Below, piece after piece: positions 1-10,157 of a DNA stretch of 32,000 nt (positions are counted from its first letter, which is position 1; the number at the start of each line of letters is the position of its first letter). The position numbers were made by a program, and so were the translations under genes. The stretch lies in contig NZ_FOEG01000001.1 of NCBI RefSeq assembly GCF_900110585.1, positions 219,338 to 251,337 of the forward strand. Reading direction: 5' to 3'. This stretch comes from Aquisalimonas asiatica (GTDB taxonomy: Bacteria > Pseudomonadota > Gammaproteobacteria > Nitrococcales > Aquisalimonadaceae). A model generated the notes under the pieces. It worked only from the letters and a program-made list of their open reading frames with translations. It was not told the origin of the DNA and made no database searches.

Positions 1-425
1 CGGCGGCACTGGCCATGGGTGCCGAGGGCATGAACATGGGCACGCGCTTCATCGCCACCAAGGAAGCGCCGGTGCATGAGAACGTGAAACAGGCCATCCT
101 GGCCGCGACTGAGCTGGACACGCGCCTGGTCATGCGGCCGCTGCGCAACACCGAGCGGGTGCTCACCAATGACGCCGTGGAGCGGCTGTTGGAGAAGGAG
201 AAACGCCTGGGCGCCGATCTCAAGTTCGAGGACATCATTGATGAAGTCGCCGGCGTCTACCCGCGCATCATGAAAGAGGGCGAGATGGAAGCCGGTGCGT
301 GGTCTTGCGGCATGGTGGCCGGGCTGATCCATGACATCCCCACGGTGAAAGAGCTCATTGACCGCACCATGGCCGAGTCCGAAGACCTGATCCGTCAGCG
401 TCTGGCCGGCATGCTGGATAGCTGA
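1..425 (+). CDS. Nitronate monooxygenase / FabK-like (NMO family) flavoprotein, C-terminal part; the 5' end lies outside the window
   Basis: The ORF is open to the window edge. The translation GAEGMNMGTRFIATKEAPVHENVKQAI matches the conserved G-x-G-T-R-F-(I/L)-A-T-x-E segment of NMO / 2-nitropropane dioxygenase-like proteins. Confidence 0.75.
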   Translation, partial: AALAMGAEGMNMGTRFIATKEAPVHENVKQAILAATELDTRLVMRPLRNTERVLTNDAVERLLEKEKRLGADLKFEDIIDEVAGVYPRIMKEGEMEAGAWSCGMVAGLIHDIPTVKELIDRTMAESEDLIRQRLAGMLDS

Positions 426-459
426 GAGCGTTCACCACCGCAGGGAACAGGAGAGCCCA

Positions 460-1383
460 ATGCCCTTCGAGACGCCCCTTTCGCTGTGCGGGCCGCTGCG
501 GCAGCCCCAACAGATGCTCGCCGATCAGGAGTACAGCGGGCACAGCTCTATCCACGACGACAGCAAGGCCGAGGAGCTCGGCTTCCGGGCCGGCCCCATC
601 GAGGGGCCGACCCATTTCAGCCAGTTCGTGCCGCTGCTGACACACCTCTGGGGCAACGCCTGGTTCGAACGGGGCTGCTTCTCGTCCCACTTCCAGAACA
701 TGGTGGTGGAAGGGGAGTCCGTGCGGGCGTTCGTGGAGCTACCGGAACAGGGCGCGACCCGCGCCCGGGCGTGGGCCGAGAAGGAAGACGGCACGCCGGT
801 GCTGGAAGCCAGCGCCTCCATCGGGCCGGATCACGGCCCGACACTGCTGGAGCAGCGCATGGAACGGCTGCGCCCGCCGGAGCAACTCGTCATCCTCTCG
901 GACCTCCACGTGGGCATGACCGGCGCGGAGGACGAGCCCGTGCGCATGGATCCGGATCAGCACATGGGCAACCTCTACCCGTTCACGCTCAACCAGAAGC
1001 TGGAGAAGATCACCGAGGGGTCGCCGTGGTACGCCGACGGGTCCGCCTCGCCCTGGGGGCGGCCCGTCATTCCCCTGGAAATGGTGAGCGTGCTGGCGGA
1101 GTACAGCAGCCCGAAGGCCGCGTTCCCGGTGAAGCATCCGGTGATCGGGCTGTTCGCCGATCAGGAGATCCGCATGGTCGACGGGCCGCTGTTCGTGGGT
1201 GAGGACTACCTCCTGCGCCGCGAGATCGTCGCGCTCTCCGAGAGCAAGCGCACCGAATCCTACTGGGTGCGCACCCGCATCTTCGACGCCAGCGGTCAGA
1301 CTCTCAAGGCGGAGATGCTGCTCAACCACGCCACGCTGAAACACTCCTACCCGCACTATGACGCGGAGCGGACCGCGGGCTGA
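460..1383 (+). CDS. Hotdog-fold (MaoC-dehydratase-like) protein, 307 aa
   Basis: ATG at 460 is preceded by GGAACAGGAGAG. The segment IHDDSKAEELGFRAGPIEGPTHFSQF resembles the MaoC-like hydratase motif, and the length is compatible with a double hotdog. The coding call is strong; the product call is tentative. Confidence 0.55.
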   Translation: MPFETPLSLCGPLRQPQQMLADQEYSGHSSIHDDSKAEELGFRAGPIEGPTHFSQFVPLLTHLWGNAWFERGCFSSHFQNMVVEGESVRAFVELPEQGATRARAWAEKEDGTPVLEASASIGPDHGPTLLEQRMERLRPPEQLVILSDLHVGMTGAEDEPVRMDPDQHMGNLYPFTLNQKLEKITEGSPWYADGSASPWGRPVIPLEMVSVLAEYSSPKAAFPVKHPVIGLFADQEIRMVDGPLFVGEDYLLRREIVALSESKRTESYWVRTRIFDASGQTLKAEMLLNHATLKHSYPHYDAERTAG

Positions 1384-1394
1384 ACGCACCGGCA

Positions 1395-1419
1395 CCGGGG
1401 TGGCAGGCCGTCACCCCGG
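1395..1419 (+). terminator. Candidate stem-loop downstream of the hotdog gene
   Basis: CCGGGGTG (1395-1402) pairs with CACCCCGG (1412-1419) across a 9-nt loop. No U-tract follows directly. Confidence 0.25.
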
Positions 1420-1527
1420 CGTAGACGCCTTGCGCATTCCCGTTGTTCCTTTCTTCACCGTCGGCTGCTTCAATTAAAGGAACCCCGAAAGGGGCACCGC
1501 GTGTGCACCCAACAGAGCGAGGTTCCC

Positions 1528-3135
1528 ATGGAGCAGCTGGTCCGACGTCTCGGCTTTCGTACCGACCCGACCATCTTCATCGTCTCGGCGGGGTTGACGT
1601 TTCTCTTCGTTGTCGCGCTCGTGGTGGCGCCCGGGCCGATCCGGGATGCCTTCGCCACCGGGCGGGAATGGATCGTTACCAATCTCGGCTGGTTCTTCAT
1701 CTTCGGGGTGAATGCCTGGCTGTTCTTCCTCCTCTGGGTGGCGCTCTCGCGCTTCGGTGATGTGCGGCTGGGGGCGGAGGACGACCGGCCGGAGTACTCC
1801 AACGTCTCGTGGTTCACGATGCTGTTTGCGGGCGGCATCGGCACGGTGCTGATGTTCTGGGGCGTGGCCGAGCCGGTGTTCCATTTCTCCGATCCGCCGC
1901 GGGCCGGGACCGAACCGCACTCCGTGCAGGCGGCCCAGGAGGCCATGGGATTCTCGCTGTACCACCTGGGGCTGCACACCTGGACGATCTTCGCGCTGCC
2001 CGGGCTGGCATTCGCCTACTTCATCCACCGGCACAAGCTGCCCCTGCGGGTGAGCTCGGTGTTCTATCCGCTGCTGGGGGAGAAGGTACGCGGCCCCATC
2101 GGCAAGACCATCGACGTCTTCGCGATCCTCGGCACGCTGTTCGGCGTTGCCGTCTCCATCGGGCTCGGCACCAGCCAGATCAACGCCGGGCTCACCGAGC
2201 TTCTGGGGGTGCCGGATAATGTCGCCTCCAAGGTGGTGATCATTACCGTGCTGACCACCGTCGCGGTGCTGTCCATCGTGGCCGGGCTCGATCGGGGCGT
2301 GAAGCTGCTGTCGAACATCAACATCGGCATGGCCACCGGGCTGATGGTCTTCGTCCTGGTTACCGGCTCCACCCTGTTCCTGCTGCGCGGGATCATCGAA
2401 ACCCTCGGGCTGTATGTCTCGAACATCGTGCCCATGGCGTTCTGGAACGACACCCTGGCGCAGTACACCAGCGAGGACGGCTGGGGCTGGCAGGGGAGCT
2501 GGACGGTGTTCTACTGGGCCTGGACGGTCACCTGGGCGCCCTTCATCGGGATCTTCGTCGCCAAGATCTCGAAAGGGCGGACCATCCGCGAGTTCGTGCT
2601 GGGCGTGCTGTTCGCACCCTCGCTGTTCACGCTGGCGTGGTTTGCCATCTTCGGCTGGTCGGCCATGGAGATCGACGGCATCGGTGCCACCGCGCGTGCA
2701 GCCCTTGGTGATGAGGCCGGCCGCATGACCGACGCCGTGAACCAGAGCGTGCCCCTGGCGATGTTCGCCTTCTTCGAGCACTTCCCGGCCGTGCAGTTCG
2801 TCCAGGGGCTGGCCGTGGTCATCGTGGCGATCTTCTTCGCCACCTCGTCGGACTCCGCCTCTCTGGTGGTCGACATGCTCTGCACCGGCGATGCGCAGTC
2901 GGGCCCGGTGCGCCAGCGGGTCTTCTGGGGCGTGGCCGAAGGGGCCGTGGCCGCCATGCTGATCGTGCTCGCCGGGGAAGCGGGGCTTGAGGCGCTGCAG
3001 CAGGTCATCACGGTGATCGGCCTGCCGATCTTCGTCATGGTGTTCGCGATGGTCTTCGCGCTGTTCAAGGGGTTGCGGGCGGAGAACGTCGGGCGACCCG
3101 ACGTGGGGGCGCCGCCGCGTCTGGACGACATGTAG
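1528..3135 (+). CDS. BCCT-family (betaine/carnitine/choline) transporter
   Basis: The signature WFTMLFAGGIGTVLMFWGVAEP and about 12 hydrophobic segments are present. ATG at 1528 has GAGG 6 nt upstream; the ORF track starts at a GTG at 1501. Confidence 0.9.
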   Translation: MEQLVRRLGFRTDPTIFIVSAGLTFLFVVALVVAPGPIRDAFATGREWIVTNLGWFFIFGVNAWLFFLLWVALSRFGDVRLGAEDDRPEYSNVSWFTMLFAGGIGTVLMFWGVAEPVFHFSDPPRAGTEPHSVQAAQEAMGFSLYHLGLHTWTIFALPGLAFAYFIHRHKLPLRVSSVFYPLLGEKVRGPIGKTIDVFAILGTLFGVAVSIGLGTSQINAGLTELLGVPDNVASKVVIITVLTTVAVLSIVAGLDRGVKLLSNINIGMATGLMVFVLVTGSTLFLLRGIIETLGLYVSNIVPMAFWNDTLAQYTSEDGWGWQGSWTVFYWAWTVTWAPFIGIFVAKISKGRTIREFVLGVLFAPSLFTLAWFAIFGWSAMEIDGIGATARAALGDEAGRMTDAVNQSVPLAMFAFFEHFPAVQFVQGLAVVIVAIFFATSSDSASLVVDMLCTGDAQSGPVRQRVFWGVAEGAVAAMLIVLAGEAGLEALQQVITVIGLPIFVMVFAMVFALFKGLRAENVGRPDVGAPPRLDDM

Positions 3136-3270
3136 CGTTGCCCCCGGCTTTCTGACGCCGTTGCCACAAACCTGACATCTTCACCACAGAAACGTGAAGT
3201 GTGTCCGGGATGCTGCGACGCGGCAATGCGATCCTCCGCGCGTCAATCACAGTCAACCACGGAGGGTCCC

Positions 3271-5268
3271 ATGAGCCGGTCCCGATCCGATGCCGGAGTC
3301 TCCGGTCTTCGCCTTGGTGTGACCGCCAAGGCGTTCACGCCCATCATTGTCCTGTCCGTTGTCATGCTGCTGGTCGGCGTGATCGTTGTGCGGGGGCTGT
3401 TCGGTTTGTCCGATCAGATGGACCGCGTTGCCAACCAGCTCGTGCCCACCGGCGAAGTTGCTGCCGACGCCCTGGAGCGAATCATGCAGGAGCGGCGCGC
3501 CGTGGACGGCATGGTCATGAACCGTGGCGACGAGTACGTCGAGGACTACGAGGCGGCGCGGGAGGCGGCCGAGGCGCTGCTGGACAACGCCGAGCGTGTC
3601 GCCGTCGGAGACGCCGCAGACCGTGTCGCCGAACTCCGTGCGGCCCACGCGGAATACCACGAGATCCTGGAAGAGCGGGTCATGCCCCCGGTGCTCGCGT
3701 ATCGCGAGCTCCGTGACGAGACGCTGCCGCAGCTGTCCGCGGCGATGGTGTCGGATCTGCGCGCTCTGGAGGAGTTCCTCAACGAGCAGGGCCTTGCCGA
3801 CGCCGAAGCGCAGGTGGAGAGCGCGCTGGTGGAGGTCCTGCAGACCAACTCCGCCATGATCCTGTTCACCCAGCATTACGAGCGGGCCGATGCCGGCCGG
3901 GCCGCACAGCACTACGAGGCGGCTGCGGAGCAGCTTGCCGCGATCGACGGCTCCGGGCTGCCGGAGCAGCAGCAGGAGACGCTGGACGAGGCCACGGCCC
4001 GATGGGCGCAGTACGGTGAGGCCACGGAGTCGCTCTACCAGTACCTGGGCGCTGCCGAGGAGCACTCCGAGAATGCGCTGATCCCGGCCGGTGACGGGCT
4101 CACCGCGGCCACGGTGGAGATGGTGGACACGGTGTTCGACGATCTCTCCGTGATGTCCACGGACGTCTACGACGTCAGCCAGCGCAACATCGTGCTGGTC
4201 TCGGGCATTTTCCTGCTGGGGCTGATCGTGGGGGTTGGCGTCGGATGGGTGGTGACACGCGGCTACGTCAGGCCACTGCTGCGCCTGGACGCGTTCGTGA
4301 ACCGGTTCGTGACCGATATGGACGCCGGCAACGGCGACCTGACCCGTCGTGTGGACATCTCCACCCGCGACGAAGTCGGGCAGCTCGGCGGTAACGTCAA
4401 TCGCTTCATCGAGACCCTGCAGAAGGTGTTGAGCACCATCAATCAGGAGACCAACCAGCTCGCCAGCGCGGCCGAAGAGCTCTCGGCGATCACGTCGCAG
4501 ACGCAGCAGGGCGTGACCCGGCAGAAGTCCGAGACCGACCAGGTCGCCACGGCCATGAACGAAATGGTCGCCACGGTGCAGGAGATCGCCAGCAACGCCT
4601 CTGATGCGTCCACCGCGGCGGGCGAGGCCAGTGAGTCCGCCAGCGATGGCCGCAAGGTGGTGAACGTGACCGTGGACGCCATCAACGGTCTGGTCCAGGC
4701 GGTCCAGGACGGACAACAGACGGTGAACCGGCTGGATCAGGATGCCGAGTCCATCACCCAGGTGATCGACGTGATCACCGGTGTTGCCGAACAGACCAAC
4801 CTGCTTGCGCTGAACGCCGCCATCGAAGCTGCGCGGGCCGGACACGAGGGCCGCGGGTTTGCGGTGGTGGCCGGCGAAGTGCGGGCCCTCGCGGAGAAGA
4901 CCCAGGAGTCGACAGGCCGCATTCGCGAGCTCATCGAGACGCTTCAGCAGGGCACCCGCAGCGCCGTGACGGTGATGGAGCAGAGTGCCGAGAAGGGCAG
5001 CCAGACCGTCGACCGCGCGGCCGAGGCCGACGCCGCCCTGCGCCGCATCGAGGAGCAGGTGCAGGTCATCAACGACATGAACGCGCAGATTGCCAGCGCG
5101 GCGGAAGAGCAGACGGCGGTGAGTAACGATATCTCGCGCAACATCGAGAGCATTCGCAGCGTCTCCGATGAATCCGCTCAGGGTGCCGGCCAGACGGCGC
5201 AGGCCAGCGAAGAGCTGGCGCGGCTGTCCGAACGGCTCAACCGCCTGGTGGGGCAGTTCCGTATCTGA
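3271..5268 (+). CDS. Methyl-accepting chemotaxis protein
   Basis: Two TM segments flank a helical sensor region of about 270 aa, followed by a HAMP-like linker. The highly conserved MCP signalling hairpin [36 protein letters not shown] is present (it reads [20 protein letters not shown] here). ATG at 3271 is preceded by GGAGGG. Confidence 0.9.
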   Translation: MSRSRSDAGVSGLRLGVTAKAFTPIIVLSVVMLLVGVIVVRGLFGLSDQMDRVANQLVPTGEVAADALERIMQERRAVDGMVMNRGDEYVEDYEAAREAAEALLDNAERVAVGDAADRVAELRAAHAEYHEILEERVMPPVLAYRELRDETLPQLSAAMVSDLRALEEFLNEQGLADAEAQVESALVEVLQTNSAMILFTQHYERADAGRAAQHYEAAAEQLAAIDGSGLPEQQQETLDEATARWAQYGEATESLYQYLGAAEEHSENALIPAGDGLTAATVEMVDTVFDDLSVMSTDVYDVSQRNIVLVSGIFLLGLIVGVGVGWVVTRGYVRPLLRLDAFVNRFVTDMDAGNGDLTRRVDISTRDEVGQLGGNVNRFIETLQKVLSTINQETNQLASAAEELSAITSQTQQGVTRQKSETDQVATAMNEMVATVQEIASNASDASTAAGEASESASDGRKVVNVTVDAINGLVQAVQDGQQTVNRLDQDAESITQVIDVITGVAEQTNLLALNAAIEAARAGHEGRGFAVVAGEVRALAEKTQESTGRIRELIETLQQGTRSAVTVMEQSAEKGSQTVDRAAEADAALRRIEEQVQVINDMNAQIASAAEEQTAVSNDISRNIESIRSVSDESAQGAGQTAQASEELARLSERLNRLVGQFRI

Positions 5269-5292
5269 TCCTCACCGGCGCGGCGTGTGCGG

Positions 5293-8200
5293 TCAGAGCA
5301 GGGGGGTCAGCAGCACGGCCAGGAACAGCCCCGTGACCACGAAGATCAGCCGGCCGACGACCGACCAGAGCTGCATGCCGCGCTCGAGGTTCGAGATGCC
5401 GAGCACGGTGGGGGCCGTCCAGGCCGTGAGGTTCAGCCGCGCCGTCAGGGCCGGGAGTGGCGAGCGGAGTTGTGGCGGTCCGCCGCCCCGGAGCGCCAGG
5501 GCGGCGATGCCGAGCCCCAGCAGCACCGGCCATGCCGCACCGGTGAGCGCGGAGAGCGTCCACGCCTCGTGGAAGGCGTCCTCCCCGCGGAACCATGTCC
5601 AGGGCAGGAGCGTGGCCGCGACAACCAGTGTCAGCCACAGCAGCAGCGGCGCCCGTGCCATGGGCTTGTCGTGCCCGGGCTGCGTGGCCCGTGTGCACCA
5701 GAGGAACCGCATCATCAGCAGGGTGGTGGCGACGGCCGCAAGGTAAAGTGCCGGGGACAGCCAGCCTGCAAGGGGGCTGAGGTCCGCGGCGCCATCCAGT
5801 GCCGCCTTGCTGAGCGCGCCACTGGTCAGGGGCGCACCGGCGAGCGCCAGCGCCGGTAGCCACAGCGCCCTCCATACCAGCCGTTGCTGCGGTCCGCTGT
5901 CGGCGTCGAGCAGTCCGGCCCCCAGGAACAGGGCGCCCTTGTTCAACCCATGATGCATGACCAGCGCGGCCATGGCGGTGTATGCGGCTGGCGCGGCGTC
6001 GGTATGGGTCAGTGCAACGCCCGCCATGATCACCATCAGCCCCATCTGGCTGACGCTGGACCAGGCCAGGACCGTCTTCGCGGCCAGTGCCATCACGCCC
6101 CGCGCCGCGCCATAGAGCGCCGTAAGCAGCCCGAGCACCACCAGCAGCACCCCCGGCTCTGGAAACTGCCCCGCGGCGGGCTCGCTGATGCGCCACCAGC
6201 CAAGCGCCCCCGCCTTGATCATGACCCCGCTGAGCACCGCGCTGGCCGCAACGGGCGCCACCGGGTGCGCCAGAGGCAGCCACGCGTGCACCCCGAACAC
6301 GCCAAGCTTCATCGCAAAGCCGAACGCCAGCAGTGCCACGGCCAGTGGCGCGGTGGCCACGGGCGCCGCGAAGCCGGGCGGGGTTCCGGGGGCGCTGTGT
6401 GCCATGAGCATGGCGATGGCCAGCATCATGGCCACCTCGCCCAGCATCATCATGGCCACGTAGACGCGGCCCGCGGCGCGCGCCGCTTGTTGCCGGGAGT
6501 GGATGATCAGGCCGTAGGAGGCGAACGTCATCAGCGCCATGCCCACGTAGAAGGTCAGCAGATCCTGCGCATGGATCAGCGTCAGGTTGCCGGCAAGCGC
6601 AGCCAGCCATGCCAGCGCGAACACCGGGTGGCGGCCCGGCCTGTCGCCCGACTGCACGGCGAACCAGCCCGCGACGCTCCACAGTGTCGCCGCCACGATC
6701 AGGAACAGCCGGGTGACGGCGTCCACGCCGACGCTACCCAGGTGTACGGCCTCGGGGGTGAACATCGCGCTCAGCAGGGCGGGCACCGGCGCCAGCGGCA
6801 GCACCCAGCCCAGCGCCCGTTGGCGCGGCACCGCCAGCATGCACAGCCAGGGCGCGGCAAGCGCGAACCCAAGGAGGGCCAGCGTCGAGGCGTGGCCGGT
6901 CACCGTGGCCGTGATCGCACCCGGCGATACCTGCACCGCCGGCCAGGCGATGCCGGCGAGCACCGCGCCGACGGCGAGTCCGAGCGCGGCGCAGGCCAGG
7001 AATACCGGAGGTCGCGCATCGTCGGGCCCGGACCCACACCGGGGGCGGGCCGCCACGTCGATCATGCGGAACAGGTAGGCGGCGGTGAGCAGGGTGCCGG
7101 TCAGGATGATCACCACCCAGACCCACGCCTGCTCGGCGATGGCCGCCTGCAGCAGCCACAGCTTGCCGGTGAAGCCGCCGGTCGGGGGCAGGCCGATCAG
7201 CGAGGCGCACGCAATGGCCATGGCGATCCACGCCGTGCGCAGGCCGCGCTGGGGTGTGCCCAGTTCGCTCATGGCGTCGCTGCCGCGTGCCTTGATCACG
7301 CAGCCCGCACCGAGAAACAGGGCGGCCTTGGCGAGGCTGTGGGCCACCATGAGCAGCACCGCGCCGCTCCACGCGAGGGTGCCGGAGGCGGTTGCCGCCA
7401 GGGGGAAGACCAGCATGCCAAAGCCGATCTGCGACACGGTGGAGTAGGCGATCAGCATCTTCAGGCGGCGCTGAAGCAGCGCCTGGGCACCGCCCCAGAG
7501 CAGCGCCCCCGCTCCCAGAGCGCCCAGCAGCGGCGCCGCGCCCGTTGCGAGAAAGCCCGACAGCGGCCCGAACCACAGCCGGATCAGCAGATAGTAGGAC
7601 GCCGCAATCACGATGGCCGACAGCGCCGCGCTGACCACCGTGGGGGCGCGCCCGTGGGCCTTGGGCAGCCAGAAGTGGAGCGGAAACACGGCGCTCTTGA
7701 GCAGCAGACCCACAGTAACAAAGGTCACCGCCACCGCCGTGACCGGGTCCACGGCGATGCGCTCGCCCAGGAGTGCCAGGTCCAGCACGCCGTACTGCCC
7801 GTACAGCAGGGCGACGCCCATGAGATAGATCGAGGAGCCCAGCACCATGGCGAGCAGATAGCGCCAGGCAGCGCCCAGGGCGTTCTCCCCGGCGAGGGCG
7901 ATCAGCCCGACGGCAGCCAGGGTCAGGACTTCCAGCGCCACGAACAGGTTGAACAGATCGGCGGAGAGAAACAGCGCGTTGAGCCCTGCCAGCAGGAACA
8001 GCCATAACGGCCAGAACAGCGGCGCCTGCCCGCCCTCGAACGCGCGGAACGCGGCGCAGAGGGTGGCGATGCCGGCGGCAAGCACCAGCATCAGCGCGGC
8101 CAGCCCGTCCACGACCCAGACGATGCCGAGCGGCGCGCCCCATCCGGCGAGCTCGTGCTGTGCGGTACCGTCCGACATCACCCGGGCGGCGAGCATCAGC

Positions 8201-8331
8201 GCGGCCAGCAGCATGACGAGCCCACTGGACACGCCCAGTGCCGCACCAAGGCGCGGCGCGATGAATGCGCCCACGGCTGCGGCCAGCGGCAGGCAGGCGA
8301 GCACCACCATGGCCCAGTCGGCAGCGGTCAT
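5293..8331 (-). CDS. mrpD: Fused double MrpD/NuoN-like proton-conducting membrane transporter subunit (about 1012 aa)
   Basis: Two consecutive PF00361-like modules lie in one uninterrupted frame (first: FPLHFWLPKAHGRAPTVVSA; second: GVHAWLPLAHPVAPVAASAVLSGVMIK). ATG at 8331 overlaps the mrpC stop by 4 nt (ATGA). Confidence 0.8.
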   Translation of the reverse strand: MTAADWAMVVLACLPLAAAVGAFIAPRLGAALGVSSGLVMLLAALMLAARVMSDGTAQHELAGWGAPLGIVWVVDGLAALMLVLAAGIATLCAAFRAFEGGQAPLFWPLWLFLLAGLNALFLSADLFNLFVALEVLTLAAVGLIALAGENALGAAWRYLLAMVLGSSIYLMGVALLYGQYGVLDLALLGERIAVDPVTAVAVTFVTVGLLLKSAVFPLHFWLPKAHGRAPTVVSAALSAIVIAASYYLLIRLWFGPLSGFLATGAAPLLGALGAGALLWGGAQALLQRRLKMLIAYSTVSQIGFGMLVFPLAATASGTLAWSGAVLLMVAHSLAKAALFLGAGCVIKARGSDAMSELGTPQRGLRTAWIAMAIACASLIGLPPTGGFTGKLWLLQAAIAEQAWVWVVIILTGTLLTAAYLFRMIDVAARPRCGSGPDDARPPVFLACAALGLAVGAVLAGIAWPAVQVSPGAITATVTGHASTLALLGFALAAPWLCMLAVPRQRALGWVLPLAPVPALLSAMFTPEAVHLGSVGVDAVTRLFLIVAATLWSVAGWFAVQSGDRPGRHPVFALAWLAALAGNLTLIHAQDLLTFYVGMALMTFASYGLIIHSRQQAARAAGRVYVAMMMLGEVAMMLAIAMLMAHSAPGTPPGFAAPVATAPLAVALLAFGFAMKLGVFGVHAWLPLAHPVAPVAASAVLSGVMIKAGALGWWRISEPAAGQFPEPGVLLVVLGLLTALYGAARGVMALAAKTVLAWSSVSQMGLMVIMAGVALTHTDAAPAAYTAMAALVMHHGLNKGALFLGAGLLDADSGPQQRLVWRALWLPALALAGAPLTSGALSKAALDGAADLSPLAGWLSPALYLAAVATTLLMMRFLWCTRATQPGHDKPMARAPLLLWLTLVVAATLLPWTWFRGEDAFHEAWTLSALTGAAWPVLLGLGIAALALRGGGPPQLRSPLPALTARLNLTAWTAPTVLGISNLERGMQLWSVVGRLIFVVTGLFLAVLLTPLL

Positions 8332-8621
8332 TGATCGCCCTCCGGGCGGCCACGTGCGGTGTCGGAGCCGCCGGGGGAGAGGCGGATCAGCAGGGCCAGC
8401 GCCACGGCGGTGGTGCTCACGGTGACCACCAGGCCGGTCAGCACGATGGCGTGCGGCACCGCGTCCACCGGCTCCGCAACCGCCGCAACGGTGACCAGCA
8501 GCAGAAATACCGCAGAGGTGAGCACGTTGAGCGAGAGCAGCTTGCGCAGCATGTGCGTGGACGCGAACAGCCCATGCAGCCCCAGGACGAACAACACACT
8601 CGCGAGGATTGCGTAGAACAT
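8328..8621 (-). CDS. mrpC: Mrp antiporter subunit C (NuoK-like), 97 aa
   Basis: MFYAILASVLFVLGLHGLFASTHMLRKLLSLNVL is typical of MnhC/NuoK. The protein has three TM segments and sits in operon context. Confidence 0.85.
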   Translation of the reverse strand: MFYAILASVLFVLGLHGLFASTHMLRKLLSLNVLTSAVFLLLVTVAAVAEPVDAVPHAIVLTGLVVTVSTTAVALALLIRLSPGGSDTARGRPEGDQ

Positions 8622-8623
8622 GC

Positions 8624-9562
8624 TCAGCTCTCCCCGTGCCAGTGGTCCGGCGGCCGACCGCAGAGGTAGACCGCGAACATGAGCAGCGCGATGGACAGCG
8701 CCGCACTGATCTCCAGCGCCAGGATCAGCGGTGCCGCAAGCGCGTGCGGATAGGCGAAGAAAGCGCCCTCCAGGGCGGCCATGACCACGGCTACCGCGAC
8801 CATGGCGATCAGGCCGAGGGAGAGCAGCCAGCGCCATGGGCCGTGCTCCTCGCCGGTCAACCAGGGCCGCGCGCCCGCCAGTACCATGAGAATGCCCCCG
8901 GCGCCCATGACGGCACCGGCCTGGAACGCACCACCGGGCGCGTGGCTGCCGCGCCAGAGCAGGTAGGTGGCCGCAAGCACGAACACCGGAAACAGGGCAC
9001 GCCCCAGGGCCGGCAGGGCCGGGGAGGGCATTTTCGGCACGATGGGGCTGGGCGCCGGCCCCAGTGACCAGATCGCCACGGCGCCCACCAGCAGCACGCC
9101 GATCTCCAGCAGGGTGTCGAACGAGCGGAAGTTCAGCAGCACGGCGGTGACGGGGTTGTCCACGCCGGACTGCGCCATGGACTGTTCCACGGCCGTGCCT
9201 AGCCCCGGGGCCGGGAGTTGCCACGCGGTCACCGCCAGCACCAGCAGGGTCACTCCGGCGAACGGCAGCCAGAACACCAGCTCGCCGGGGCGGCGCCAGT
9301 GGCTCTGCCCGCCGCCGGAGCCGTCCTTGAGGCGGGCGAGCGCCGACAGCAGCAGCGCGCCCGTGGCGCCAGCGCCGATGGCGGCCTCCGCCAGGGCGAT
9401 ATCCGGCGCTTCCAGGCGCACCCAGATCAGGGCCATGACCAGCCCGAACACCATGTAGCTGACCACCGAGCGGAACAGCCCCGGTGCGTGCATGGCCTGC
9501 CACGCCAGCCAGAGCAGCGCCAGCCCGAGCAGCCCGTCGAACGTGTGCGCCAGCCAGTCCAT
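8624..9562 (-). CDS. mrpB: MbhD/DUF4040-like domain fused to an MnhB-like Mrp subunit B, 312 aa
   Basis: The N-terminal part (LAEAAIGAGATGALLL) resembles DUF4040/MbhD. The C-terminal part (VTAVLLNFRSFDTLLEIGVL) is the MnhB signature. The ATG shares 1 nt with the mrpG stop (TGATG). Confidence 0.8.
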   Translation of the reverse strand: MDWLAHTFDGLLGLALLWLAWQAMHAPGLFRSVVSYMVFGLVMALIWVRLEAPDIALAEAAIGAGATGALLLSALARLKDGSGGGQSHWRRPGELVFWLPFAGVTLLVLAVTAWQLPAPGLGTAVEQSMAQSGVDNPVTAVLLNFRSFDTLLEIGVLLVGAVAIWSLGPAPSPIVPKMPSPALPALGRALFPVFVLAATYLLWRGSHAPGGAFQAGAVMGAGGILMVLAGARPWLTGEEHGPWRWLLSLGLIAMVAVAVVMAALEGAFFAYPHALAAPLILALEISAALSIALLMFAVYLCGRPPDHWHGES

Positions 9563-9861
9563 CAAAGGCCGCGGGGTTTCAGGCCGCGTGCCAGCGCCGT
9601 GCGCGCGATGAGCCCCGCGCCCGTGGCCGACGCGATCAGCATGAGGACCCAGATCAACAGCAGCTTCAGGGTGATCAGCACGCTGCCGGACTGCAGCCCA
9701 AGGCCGAGGCATACCAGCCCGAGGCCCACGTTGTCGCCCTTGGCGAGTGCGTGCAGGCGGCTGTAGGTGTCCGGCAGCCGCAGCAGCCCGAGCGTGCCGA
9801 ACAGGAAGAAGGGCACGCCGGCCAGCACCAGCGCCATCCCGATCACGTCAACCACCGTCAT
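9562..9861 (-). CDS. mrpG: Mrp antiporter subunit G, 99 aa
   Basis: LGLLRLPDTYSRLHALAKGDNVG matches the MnhG/PhaG motif (R-x-P-D-x-Y-x-R-x-H). It overlaps mrpF by 4 nt. Confidence 0.8.
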   Translation of the reverse strand: MTVVDVIGMALVLAGVPFFLFGTLGLLRLPDTYSRLHALAKGDNVGLGLVCLGLGLQSGSVLITLKLLLIWVLMLIASATGAGLIARTALARGLKPRGL

Positions 9862-10157
9862 CGCTCTCCTCCGGTCTCGTCGTCGGTGTCGGAGGTGGGC
9901 GTCAGGGCCGACCAGGCGCGGCTCACGAAGGTCACCACGGCCAGCGCGGACAGCAGTGCGAAAACCAGCGCCACGTCCAGCAGGGGTGGCCGGTCGGTGG
10001 CGAAGGCGAGCAGTAGCGTGATCACCACCGCGGAGGTGGAGAACATCTCCGCCGCCAGCATGCGGTCGGCCGGGTGGGGGCCGCTGAGAATGCGCACGAG
10101 GCCCACCGTGGTGTTGAGCAGCAGGACAACCGCGAGGATCAGGAGCAGTTCAGTCAT
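9858..10157 (-). CDS. mrpF: Mrp antiporter subunit F, 99 aa
   Basis: RILSGPHPADRMLAAEMFSTS matches the MnhF motif (G-P-x-x-x-D-R-x-x-A-x-D). The start at ATG 10157 overlaps the mrpE end by 8 nt; an alternative ATG is at 10163. Confidence 0.8.
   Translation of the reverse strand: MTELLLILAVVLLLNTTVGLVRILSGPHPADRMLAAEMFSTSAVVITLLLAFATDRPPLLDVALVFALLSALAVVTFVSRAWSALTPTSDTDDETGGER

Noticed and set aside
5269-5292. A possible bidirectional terminator between the convergent MCP and mrpD genes.
   Set aside because: The 24-bp gap contains no convincing stem-loop.
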